From a virus (lineage: Duplodnaviria; Caudoviricetes), in IMG/VR virus record IMGVR_UViG_3300046788_000279, positions 1-31,126 of that record: a stretch of 31,126 bases of DNA. The stretch is one strand, 5' to 3'. The position numbers were made by a program, and so were the translations under genes. The notes beneath the pieces are model-generated. The model was not told the origin of the DNA and made no database searches. It was given only the letters and a program-made list of their open reading frames with translations. Shown in pieces: positions 1 to 6,953 of this stretch; positions within the stretch are counted from its first letter, which is position 1, and each line of letters begins with the position of its first letter.

Positions 1-1
1 T

Positions 2-799
2 AATGGCACCATCAACGTCAGTCACTCGGAGTTCTCGTTCAACGGCGACGGCTCCGGCTTCACCCACAACTTCTACGCTGGCGCTATCGCGTCCGTCTCC
101 ATCGATGCGTCATACTTCCACGACGCTGTGGTCGGTCACGAGATCAAGTCCCGTGCCGCCAGCACCAACGTGACCAACAGCCGGGTGTTCGATAACAACG
201 CGACCGCGTCATACTCGATCGACACGCCGAACGGCGGCAACGTCAACATCTCCGGCAACGTGATCGAGCAAGGGCCGCGCAGCGAGAACCAGAACATCTT
301 CGCCTGGGGCGAGGAGGGTATCACGCACAACGGCACCGAGACCATCAGCAACAACACCATCGTCAACGACCGCGATGGCGGTGTGGGCGTGCTATCACCC
401 ACGCCAGTTAGTTTCACCGGCAACCAGCTCTGGAACCTCAGCAACCTAGGCACCGTCAATGCCTCCAACAACGTCAACCTCGCCGCGCGGCCTTCGCTCG
501 ACACTTCGGCGATGGCGTTCATCAATCCGACGGACGGCGGCGGTAGTGGCACTGGTGGCAGCACTGGTGGCAGCGGCGATGGCACTGGGGGCGGTGGTAG
601 CACTCCTCCTCCACCGCCTCCGCCTAGCCTGACGCTGGACGACTACCACGCGATGGTACTCAGCGACTTCCTGGCCTACTTCATGACCCACCCCGCGGTG
701 CTCACCGACCAGCAGGCACTCGGCGTGTTCATCGCCGAATACACCAGCCCTACGGTCCTGCTGACCCCACCCCCAGGCGACCTATGGAGCCACGCATGA
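2..799 (+). CDS. Partial (5'-truncated) right-handed parallel beta-helix protein with Gly/Pro-rich linker and small helical C-terminal domain
   Basis: Frame is open from base 2 (NGTINVSHSEFSFNGDGSGFTHNFYAGAIASVSIDASYFHDAVVGHEIKSRA...). Asn-rich short beta-strand repeats (ISGNVIEQ, ISNNTIVN, FTGNQLWN) are typical of pectin-lyase-like beta-helices. Followed by a GGGSGTGG/PPPPPPP linker. The ORF-track start at 128 is internal. Confidence 0.7.
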   Translation, partial: NGTINVSHSEFSFNGDGSGFTHNFYAGAIASVSIDASYFHDAVVGHEIKSRAASTNVTNSRVFDNNATASYSIDTPNGGNVNISGNVIEQGPRSENQNIFAWGEEGITHNGTETISNNTIVNDRDGGVGVLSPTPVSFTGNQLWNLSNLGTVNASNNVNLAARPSLDTSAMAFINPTDGGGSGTGGSTGGSGDGTGGGGSTPPPPPPPSLTLDDYHAMVLSDFLAYFMTHPAVLTDQQALGVFIAEYTSPTVLLTPPPGDLWSHA

Positions 800-975
800 C
801 GCCAGAGAATGCTGCGCTGCAGCGACAGATCGATACCCTGCGCACCCAAACCCAGATGATGCGCGAGGAGAACGCTGAACTGCGCAAGCAGATCGTCCAG
901 CGCGACCATTGGATCAAAGACTTGCGGGAGACAGTGGAGGCGCTGCTTCGCCCAGCCCCATCGGAAGCGGCGTGA
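796..975 (+). CDS. Small coiled-coil hypothetical protein (59 aa)
   Basis: ATG at 796 overlaps the upstream TGA (ATGA); GGAG at 786-789; heptad pattern LQRQIDTLRTQTQMMREENAELRKQI. Confidence 0.6.
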   Translation: MTPENAALQRQIDTLRTQTQMMREENAELRKQIVQRDHWIKDLRETVEALLRPAPSEAA

Positions 976-978
976 AAG

Positions 979-1039
979 TGTAAAGCTAGCCTTACAATTC
1001 CTGGTATCCCATTACCGCAAGTGTCGGAACTATTCGATA
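979..1039. promoter_or_regulatory. Two 18-bp TGT-N12-A(C/T)A palindromic boxes upstream of the PEP-CTERM cluster
   Basis: TGTAAAGCTAGCCTTACA (979-996) and TGTCGGAACTATTCGATA (1022-1039), starts 43 bp apart, in an AT-richer intergenic gap. Confidence 0.4.
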
Positions 1040-1104
1040 ACTGTTCCCGTCCCGCATCAGCTAGGACAGCATGCGTCATTCCGGCGCACACCCCAGGAGA
1101 ACCC

Positions 1105-1761
1105 ATGCGACACACCCTCCTAGCTGCCACCGCTTTCGCCGCCCTGGCCTACGCTGTCCCGGCGTCCGCCACCCTGATCAGCACCGCCACCTCAAGCACG
1201 GCTGGCCTGAGCACCGGCTGCAACACGACCACAGCCACCGGCCTGCTGACCGCCACCTGCTCCGGCGGCGGCTTCTCGGCCGTTGCCCTGACAGCATCAG
1301 CCCCGCCGCTGCTGGCCGTCCCTGACCTCACGGCGACCACACTGACCGTCACCACCATCCCGTTGGCGGCGGCGACCACGCTCACCGTCGACATCGCCTC
1401 GTCCGGCTTCAGCTTCCCCGGCGGACCGCTCACCGCGCTGCTGACCGTCAACAACCTGATCGGCAACGGCGTCGGGCCGTTCGTGTTGTCGGCCGTCACC
1501 CCCGTCGGAACCGTTACGCACACCTTCACGGGTGCCGGCGCAGCGACCGGTGGCCCCACCGTGTTCCCTGCGTTCACGACTGACAGTGCACACTTCGTGC
1601 TGACCTTCGGCCCCTCCGCAACGGCGCAGTCGATCGATGCCACGATCGAAATCCAGGGCGTCGCCGCGGCGCCGGAGCCTGCCGGCCTCGCCATCCTCGG
1701 CGTCGGCCTGCTCGGTCTGGGCCTCGTGTCCAGTCGCAAGCGTGATCAGTTCTCGCGGTGA
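1105..1761 (+). CDS. PEP-CTERM sorting-domain surface protein 1 (Thr/Ala/Gly-rich)
   Basis: AGGAG RBS before ATG 1105; signal peptide MRHTLLAATAFAALAYAVPASA; C-terminal APEPAGLAILGVGLLGLGLVSSRKR (PEP motif, TM helix, basic tail). Confidence 0.9.
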   Translation: MRHTLLAATAFAALAYAVPASATLISTATSSTAGLSTGCNTTTATGLLTATCSGGGFSAVALTASAPPLLAVPDLTATTLTVTTIPLAAATTLTVDIASSGFSFPGGPLTALLTVNNLIGNGVGPFVLSAVTPVGTVTHTFTGAGAATGGPTVFPAFTTDSAHFVLTFGPSATAQSIDATIEIQGVAAAPEPAGLAILGVGLLGLGLVSSRKRDQFSR

Positions 1762-1858
1762 CCTAAGACCATCCAGGGGCATCCTCACAGCCATCATCAT
1801 CAGTATGCTGTGCTGGACGCTCCTGGCCCACCTCGTGATAAGGATACTTTCGGAATGA
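1742..1858 (+). CDS. Possible 38-aa single-pass membrane protein
   Basis: GTG 1742 gives MISSRGDLRPSRGILTAIIISMLCWTLLAHLVIRILSE. Its TGA overlaps the next ATG (ATGA at 1855-1858) and it fills the intergenic gap. The start is uncertain. Confidence 0.4.
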   Translation: MISSRGDLRPSRGILTAIIISMLCWTLLAHLVIRILSE

Positions 1859-2568
1859 AAAGACTATTGAGTACCACCGCCATCGTCGCCGGAGCCCTCT
1901 GGTTCGGGGTGCCGGCGGCGCATGCCAACATCACCTTCACCCTGGGCAACGTGCCGCAGCAGCCGAGTGAACAGAATATCTTGTTCACGAACGGCGAGTC
2001 GGGCCTCACGTTGACCGATGGCCAAGTCGATCACACCGGAGCCGGTGTGCTCTTCACGACGCTCGGCAATCCGTTGCAGATTTTGGCCCAGGCGTCCGGT
2101 GGGCAGGCCAAAATCGAGTGTCTCGCGAACTGTATCGACAACAGCGCGATCCACGCCCCCGACAACAACCAGCTCAATTCGATCTCGATGCGGGCTGGAC
2201 TGTTGAACGGCCAACCGACTGCGTGGGGCGATGCCATCATTGACCTGACGAACGGGGTCGGTGATGCGCTGGTGACGGTCACCGACAATTTCGGCGCGCC
2301 GTTCCACTTCGTGCTAACCAACGGCTCAAACTTCCTGACCATGGTTGCCTCGGGTGGCGAGTTCATCACCCGCATCGACGTGACCAACAATGTTCCTGGA
2401 GCAGCCTTCGGGTTTACCCAGTTCGATCAGCCACGGGTCAGCGGTCTGTGCACGTTGGTCACCGCGACCAGCTGCACACCGGTCGAGACCCCTGAACCGG
2501 CATCCCTCGCCTTGCTTGGCGTAGGGCTGCTCGGTACCGCCGCCTTCGCACGGAGGCGCCGGTCCTAG
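1855..2568 (+). CDS. PEP-CTERM sorting-domain surface protein 2
   Basis: AAGGA before ATG 1855; signal peptide MKRLLSTTAIVAGALWFGVPAAHA; C-terminal TPEPASLALLGVGLLGTAAFARRRRS; two Cys pairs. Confidence 0.92.
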   Translation: MKRLLSTTAIVAGALWFGVPAAHANITFTLGNVPQQPSEQNILFTNGESGLTLTDGQVDHTGAGVLFTTLGNPLQILAQASGGQAKIECLANCIDNSAIHAPDNNQLNSISMRAGLLNGQPTAWGDAIIDLTNGVGDALVTVTDNFGAPFHFVLTNGSNFLTMVASGGEFITRIDVTNNVPGAAFGFTQFDQPRVSGLCTLVTATSCTPVETPEPASLALLGVGLLGTAAFARRRRS

Positions 2569-2591
2569 CCTAGACTATCCCACAGCAACTC

Positions 2592-2630
2592 GGCGGCAGG
2601 AGATGAACCCCCTCCTGTCGCCATTTTTCT
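2592..2630 (+). terminator. Intrinsic (Rho-independent) terminator
   Basis: Stem GGCGGCAGGAG / CTCCTGTCGCC (11 bp, one G-U pair), 9-nt loop, followed by ATTTTTCT, 23 bp after the PEP-CTERM 2 stop. Confidence 0.75.
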
Positions 2631-2709
2631 GCCAACGCCATTCCGACCAGGATCAGCTAAAGTCTGGGTGCGCGCCACTGATCGGGCGCATGTCTCAGGG
2701 GGTCTCGTC

Positions 2710-3363
2710 ATGAAGCACATCCTGTTCGTCACCACGACACTGGCCGCCATGGCCTGGGTCTCGCCGGCCAGCGCCACGCTCGTCAGCTCCGCCAGCTCGA
2801 CCACGGCTGGCCTGAGCGCCGGCTGCAACACCACCGACGGCGGCTCCGGCACGTTGACCACATCGTGCAGCGGCGGCGGCTTCTCAGCCATCGCACTCAG
2901 CGCGGGAGGCCCGCCGCTCCTGAGCGTGCCAGACCTCTCAGCCACCACGCTGACCGTCACAACGACACCCCTGGTAGCCGCGACCACCCTGACGGTGGAT
3001 ATCGCCTCGTCCGGGTTCAGTTTTGCCGGTGGGCCGCTCAGCGCTCTCTTGACCGTCAATAATCTGATCGGCGCTGGCACTGGTCCGTTCGTGCTGTCCG
3101 CCGTCACCCCGGCCGGCAGCGTCACCAGGACCTTCACAGGCTCTGGCGCCGAGACTGGCGGCCCGACCGTGTTCCCGGCGTTCACCACCGACTCGGCGCA
3201 CTTCGTGCTGACGTTCGCTGCATCCGCGCTGCCGCAGTCGATCGATGCGACGATCGAAATCGTCGGCGCCACGGAAGCATACGAACCGGGATCGCTCGCG
3301 CTGTTCGGCGTCGGGTTGCTCGGTACTGTCGTCCTCTCCCAACGGAGGCGCTGGTTCCTGTGA
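2710..3363 (+). CDS. PEP-CTERM-like surface protein 3, paralog of 1105..1761, with variant YEP motif
   Basis: Signal peptide MKHILFVTTTLAAMAWVSPASA; long blocks identical to protein 1 (ATTLTVDIASSGFSF, ALLTVNNLIG, GPFVLSAVTP, TGGPTVFPAFTTDSAHFVLTF, QSIDATIEI); C-terminus AYEPGSLALFGVGLLGTVVLSQRRRWFL. Confidence 0.85.
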   Translation: MKHILFVTTTLAAMAWVSPASATLVSSASSTTAGLSAGCNTTDGGSGTLTTSCSGGGFSAIALSAGGPPLLSVPDLSATTLTVTTTPLVAATTLTVDIASSGFSFAGGPLSALLTVNNLIGAGTGPFVLSAVTPAGSVTRTFTGSGAETGGPTVFPAFTTDSAHFVLTFAASALPQSIDATIEIVGATEAYEPGSLALFGVGLLGTVVLSQRRRWFL

Positions 3364-3740
3364 GGCGTAAACCGCGGCGCATCGATGAGGTCACGGCCGG
3401 CTTCTACCGCTACCGGCGGGCAAAGAAGGGCCCGTGGATGCCGGCCGTCGTCACCGTCGAGGACGGCATGATTTACGTGGTCGAGGCCGACGAGACGTTG
3501 CAGGTCGGCATCACCGCGGACGCCTACGCCGACATCATCATCCAGGCGACAATGGAGGGCACGGCGTTCGAGCTGAGCCTGCTGCGGGTCGTGTGGTTCG
3601 GCGACCTCATCGACGAGGCTGAGTATCGCCAGATGCTGGAGACGCTGGCCTGGGCGCGGGAGAACCAGCCGGATCACCCGATGCTCCATCCAGACGAACC
3701 TATCGTGCTGCGCGAGGTGAGGGTCGCTAGTATCTTCTGA
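3360..3740 (+). CDS. Hypothetical phage protein
   Basis: GTG overlaps the upstream stop (GTGA); GC3-rich codon usage; GFYRYRRAKKGPWMPA motif resembles uncharacterised alphaproteobacterial phage early proteins. Confidence 0.75.
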   Translation: MRRKPRRIDEVTAGFYRYRRAKKGPWMPAVVTVEDGMIYVVEADETLQVGITADAYADIIIQATMEGTAFELSLLRVVWFGDLIDEAEYRQMLETLAWARENQPDHPMLHPDEPIVLREVRVASIF

Positions 3741-3775
3741 TTGACGGATGGATACTGATGAGCTATCAGGATACT
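3729..3775 (+). promoter_or_regulatory. Putative sigma70 promoter with overlapping operator-like repeats
   Basis: TTGACG (3741-3746), 17 bp, TATCAG (3764-3769); palindrome CTGAT-N5-ATCAG (3755-3769); GGATACT direct repeat at 3750 and 3769; AGTATC (3729) is inverted to GATACT (3751). Confidence 0.45.
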
Positions 3776-3796
3776 CCGACCCCACAGGAGTATCCC

Positions 3797-4558
3797 ATGT
3801 CCCACAGCAACTACCCGATCCCGCCGTCCCCCGAGACCATCAAGGAATGGCTGGCTGAGACGAACACCGCCCTGGTGCAGCGTCGCGACGAGCTTCTCGC
3901 CGGCTACAAGCGCTTCCTGGAGGCCTATCCCAACGGCATCCCCGACGAGACCGTGCAGGGCCGCGCAGCCGACTTCGCCGGCCCCAAGGGCATGATGAAC
4001 ACCTTCATCAAGGAGTGCGACACCGGGCACGATGTCGAGAAGAAGCCCTACATCGTCGGCGGCAAAGTCGTCGACGCGTTCTTCGGCTCGCTGAGCGACC
4101 CGGTCGAGCGCTGTCAGAAGGACATGAGAGCCCGCATGACGGTGTTCGCCAACAAACAGGAGGCGGAGCGCCGTGAGGCAGCCCGCCTGGAGGCTGAGCG
4201 GCTCGCCGCCGAGGCTGCCCTGGCCCAGGACGCAGCCATCGATGCGATGACCGAGGAGGCCCTCGACCACGCCATGGTCGTCGCCCAGGAGGCCGAGGAA
4301 GCCGCCGCCCTTGCCCAGGCGTCAGCTGCCGAGTTGAGCCGCACCCGCGGCGAGCTGGGCACGGTGGTGTCGCTGCGCACCCGCTGGGTGGCGGACTACC
4401 GGGCCTCCGACTTGATGAAGCTGGTCAAGGCGGTCGCTGCCGGCGACGCGCCGTTGGCGTACCTCGCGTTCGCCGAGACCCGCATCAACTATGCCATCCG
4501 GAGCGAAAGGGTTCGTCAGATCCCCGGTGTGGTGATCAAAGAGGAGCGGTCGATATGA
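3797..4558 (+). CDS. Coiled-coil phage early protein of unknown function (recombination-module neighbour)
   Basis: AGGAG before ATG 3797; long Ala/Glu-rich helix; C-terminal RQIPGVVIKEE motif like that ending many phage Gp157/Gam-type coiled-coil proteins. Confidence 0.75.
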   Translation: MSHSNYPIPPSPETIKEWLAETNTALVQRRDELLAGYKRFLEAYPNGIPDETVQGRAADFAGPKGMMNTFIKECDTGHDVEKKPYIVGGKVVDAFFGSLSDPVERCQKDMRARMTVFANKQEAERREAARLEAERLAAEAALAQDAAIDAMTEEALDHAMVVAQEAEEAAALAQASAAELSRTRGELGTVVSLRTRWVADYRASDLMKLVKAVAAGDAPLAYLAFAETRINYAIRSERVRQIPGVVIKEERSI

Positions 4559-5163
4559 AGACGCTGTACGTTCAGACCGACACCACCGGCCGCTACAATT
4601 TCCGCGAGCAGATCACCTACACCGAGCAGCCCAATATGGTGCGGCTCGCCTGCCTGATCGCCGACGAGGCCGACATCATCGGCCGCTGGTGCGTGCTGAT
4701 CCGCCCCAACAACACCTGGATGGTCGAGGACGATGCGGTCGTCGCGCACGGGGTCACCCTGGAGGAGGGGGTGAGGATCGGCGTGCCGGTGGAGAACGCG
4801 ATGGCGCGCTTTGTCGGCTGGCTGGAGGACGTCGAGCGGGTCTGCGCGTTCAACATGGATTTCCACCGCAAGATCCTGGAGCGCTCAGCGTTCCAGTCCA
4901 GGATAGGGTGGTCACGCCTGTTCGACAGCAAGACCATGGCCTGCGCCATGCGCCGGGCGACCGACATCGTGCAGAAGCCCAGGATGATGCCGGGCGGCGG
5001 GTTCTCGTGGCCGAAACTCGGCGAGGCGTACGCGTTCTTCACCGATCGGGATCTGCCGTCGATGGACATGCCACCCGTCGAGCGCGGCATCGCCCTGGCG
5101 CAGTGCGTGTATGAGATCGACCGCGGCATCATCGACCACCAAAGGAGTACTCCACATGAGTGA
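4555..5163 (+). CDS. DEDDh (DnaQ/Pol III epsilon-like) 3'-5' exonuclease homolog with degenerate active site
   Basis: Scaffold motifs QTDTTG, QPNMVRLA, LIRP, AHGVT, AFNMDFH, CAM, WPKLGEAYAFF match the family, but the canonical DxE, NxxFD and HxAxxD residues are substituted. ATGA-coupled to the upstream gene. Confidence 0.75.
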   Translation: MKTLYVQTDTTGRYNFREQITYTEQPNMVRLACLIADEADIIGRWCVLIRPNNTWMVEDDAVVAHGVTLEEGVRIGVPVENAMARFVGWLEDVERVCAFNMDFHRKILERSAFQSRIGWSRLFDSKTMACAMRRATDIVQKPRMMPGGGFSWPKLGEAYAFFTDRDLPSMDMPPVERGIALAQCVYEIDRGIIDHQRSTPHE

Positions 5164-6670
5164 CACCGACAACGAAATGTTCGTGCAGGAGCGGCCGCGC
5201 AACCCGTTCAACACCGGCCAGGAGGTCGCCACACGGCAGGCGCCTTCGCTCGGTGCCTTGGCGTCGGCCGAGCAGCAGAGGGCCCTCGGCGAGCTTCAGG
5301 CGCAGATTATGCTGGCACGCATGAACCCACGCGACCCGCAGCAGGCGATGGACGCCATCCTGCGCGACTGTGGCCGCGTCACCCTGGCGAGCGTCGCGCA
5401 ATACGAATACGCACGCGGCGGCACCGACATCAGAGGCCCGTCCATCAAGTTACTGGAAGCGATTGCCCGGCGTTGGGGCAACATCCATTCGGGCTTCAAG
5501 ATCGTCCACACCGAAGGCAACACCAGCGACGTCGTAACGTACGCTTGGGATCTGGAGACCGGCTACAAGGACGACAGGCAGTTCCAGGTCCGCCACATCC
5601 GCGACACGCGCCAAGGTCCGAAGCTGGTGACGGACGAACGCGACATCTACGAGCTGATCGCCAACAGCTCGCAGCGCCGCAAACGGTCGTGCCTGCAGGC
5701 GGTGATCCCATCAGACGTGATCGATGCCGCGGTCGAGCAATGCCAAGAGACGATGAGCGCCAACGTCGACACTTCGGTGGACGGGCTGAAGAAGCTACTG
5801 AAGGCGTTCTCGGAATTCGGCGTCACCCAGGCGCAGATCGAGCAGCGCATCCAGTGCAAGCTGGAGGCAATCAGCCCGGGGCAGGTGATGCAGCTGAGCC
5901 GCATCTACACCAGCATGCACGACGGCATCTCTGTGCCGAGCCAATGGTTCAGGGCGGTCGATCCGCCGCGGCCGACCCGGCAAAGTCCAGCCGCCAAGCA
6001 GCCAACCCAGACGCCGCCGGCACAGGACACTTCCCAGGTAAAGGGGGATAAGTCGGAAACCCCGACACAGCCCCAGGAGCCGCCCCAGGAGCCGCCCCAG
6101 ACGCCTCCGCCGACGCCCCCGACACCGACACCCCCGCCAGCCGAGGAGCCGCCAGCGGAGCCTGAACCCCCGCCAGCGGCAGCGTCCGAGACTCAGGAGC
6201 AGTTCGACTACGCCGTGCTGGATGATACCGGCGAGCCGATCGACGGCGAGACCTATCTCGACCCGCTGGTCTGGGCGCAGCAGTTCCTGGCCGTCTGGGC
6301 CCAGACCCACGACAACGACCGTAACAACTTGCTGTTCCACAACGCCGAGGCTTTGCACGACGCCAAGGCCATGAGCCCCGAGGCCGACGCCCTGCTGGAC
6401 ACCCTCGACGAGGAGGACGAGTCGGAAGCCGGAGAGCTGCCGGCCGCAGATCCCGAGGAGACGACCGACCCCGACGAGAAGATCGTCGCGCACATCCTGC
6501 AGCATCTGCCGACACTGAAGACCGGGCAGGAAGTCATCGCCTACAGCAAGACACCCGCGGTGATGGCGCCGATCCAGCGCTGGCAGAAGGATGGGCGGGA
6601 GGGACTGGTGCTGTCGGTCAAGTCCGCGTTCACCACCCGGCTGGAGCGCCTGCGAGTCGGCGGTGCCTGA
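5156..6670 (+). CDS. Putative single-strand annealing/recombination protein with Pro-rich linker and acidic C-terminal domain
   Basis: AAGGAG before ATG 5156; N-domain motifs YARGGTDIRGPSIKLLEAIARRWGNI, YAWDLET, DERDIYELIAN, RRKRSCLQAVIP seen in phage recombination-module proteins; adjacent to the exonuclease homolog. Function is inferred. Confidence 0.6.
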   Translation: MSDTDNEMFVQERPRNPFNTGQEVATRQAPSLGALASAEQQRALGELQAQIMLARMNPRDPQQAMDAILRDCGRVTLASVAQYEYARGGTDIRGPSIKLLEAIARRWGNIHSGFKIVHTEGNTSDVVTYAWDLETGYKDDRQFQVRHIRDTRQGPKLVTDERDIYELIANSSQRRKRSCLQAVIPSDVIDAAVEQCQETMSANVDTSVDGLKKLLKAFSEFGVTQAQIEQRIQCKLEAISPGQVMQLSRIYTSMHDGISVPSQWFRAVDPPRPTRQSPAAKQPTQTPPAQDTSQVKGDKSETPTQPQEPPQEPPQTPPPTPPTPTPPPAEEPPAEPEPPPAAASETQEQFDYAVLDDTGEPIDGETYLDPLVWAQQFLAVWAQTHDNDRNNLLFHNAEALHDAKAMSPEADALLDTLDEEDESEAGELPAADPEETTDPDEKIVAHILQHLPTLKTGQEVIAYSKTPAVMAPIQRWQKDGREGLVLSVKSAFTTRLERLRVGGA

Positions 6671-6950
6671 TCTGCTGGCACCATCCCTGGTCGAGATGCT
6701 GGCCGAGATGGATCGCGATCTGCTTGCCAGGAAACGGGCCTATGGCAACCGAGTCTTCACCCGCCGCCTGACTCACGAACGTGCCGAGCGACGGCTGGTC
6801 CTCGTGCAGGCTATCATCGACAACCTCAGGGCCCAGCTATCGCCAGCACAACTCCAGGCGATCGCCCAGGCCAGGGAGAAAAAGGAGCGGCTCAAGTCCC
6901 AGCGTCGCAAACCGGCGACCAAGGGAACCGCACTGCAGGGGATGGGTTAG
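6663..6950 (+). CDS. Conserved small phage hypothetical protein
   Basis: GTG 6663 overlaps the upstream gene end; SLVEMLAEMDRDLLARKRAYGNRV...AERRLVLVQAII pattern resembles a common phage helical-hairpin family; basic C-terminal tail. Confidence 0.6.
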   Translation: MPDLLAPSLVEMLAEMDRDLLARKRAYGNRVFTRRLTHERAERRLVLVQAIIDNLRAQLSPAQLQAIAQAREKKERLKSQRRKPATKGTALQGMG

Positions 6951-6953
6951 TTG

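Noticed and set aside
1001-1020. Sigma54 promoter for the PEP-CTERM genes
   Set aside because: GG and GC are separated by 12 nt rather than the required 10.
2565-3785. Long antisense and alternate-frame ORFs (e.g. 2565..3785 -, 20985..22265 +, 11540..12568 -, 23914..24843 +)
   Set aside because: They overlap well-supported genes and have the Arg/Gly/Pro-rich composition typical of high-GC shadow frames.
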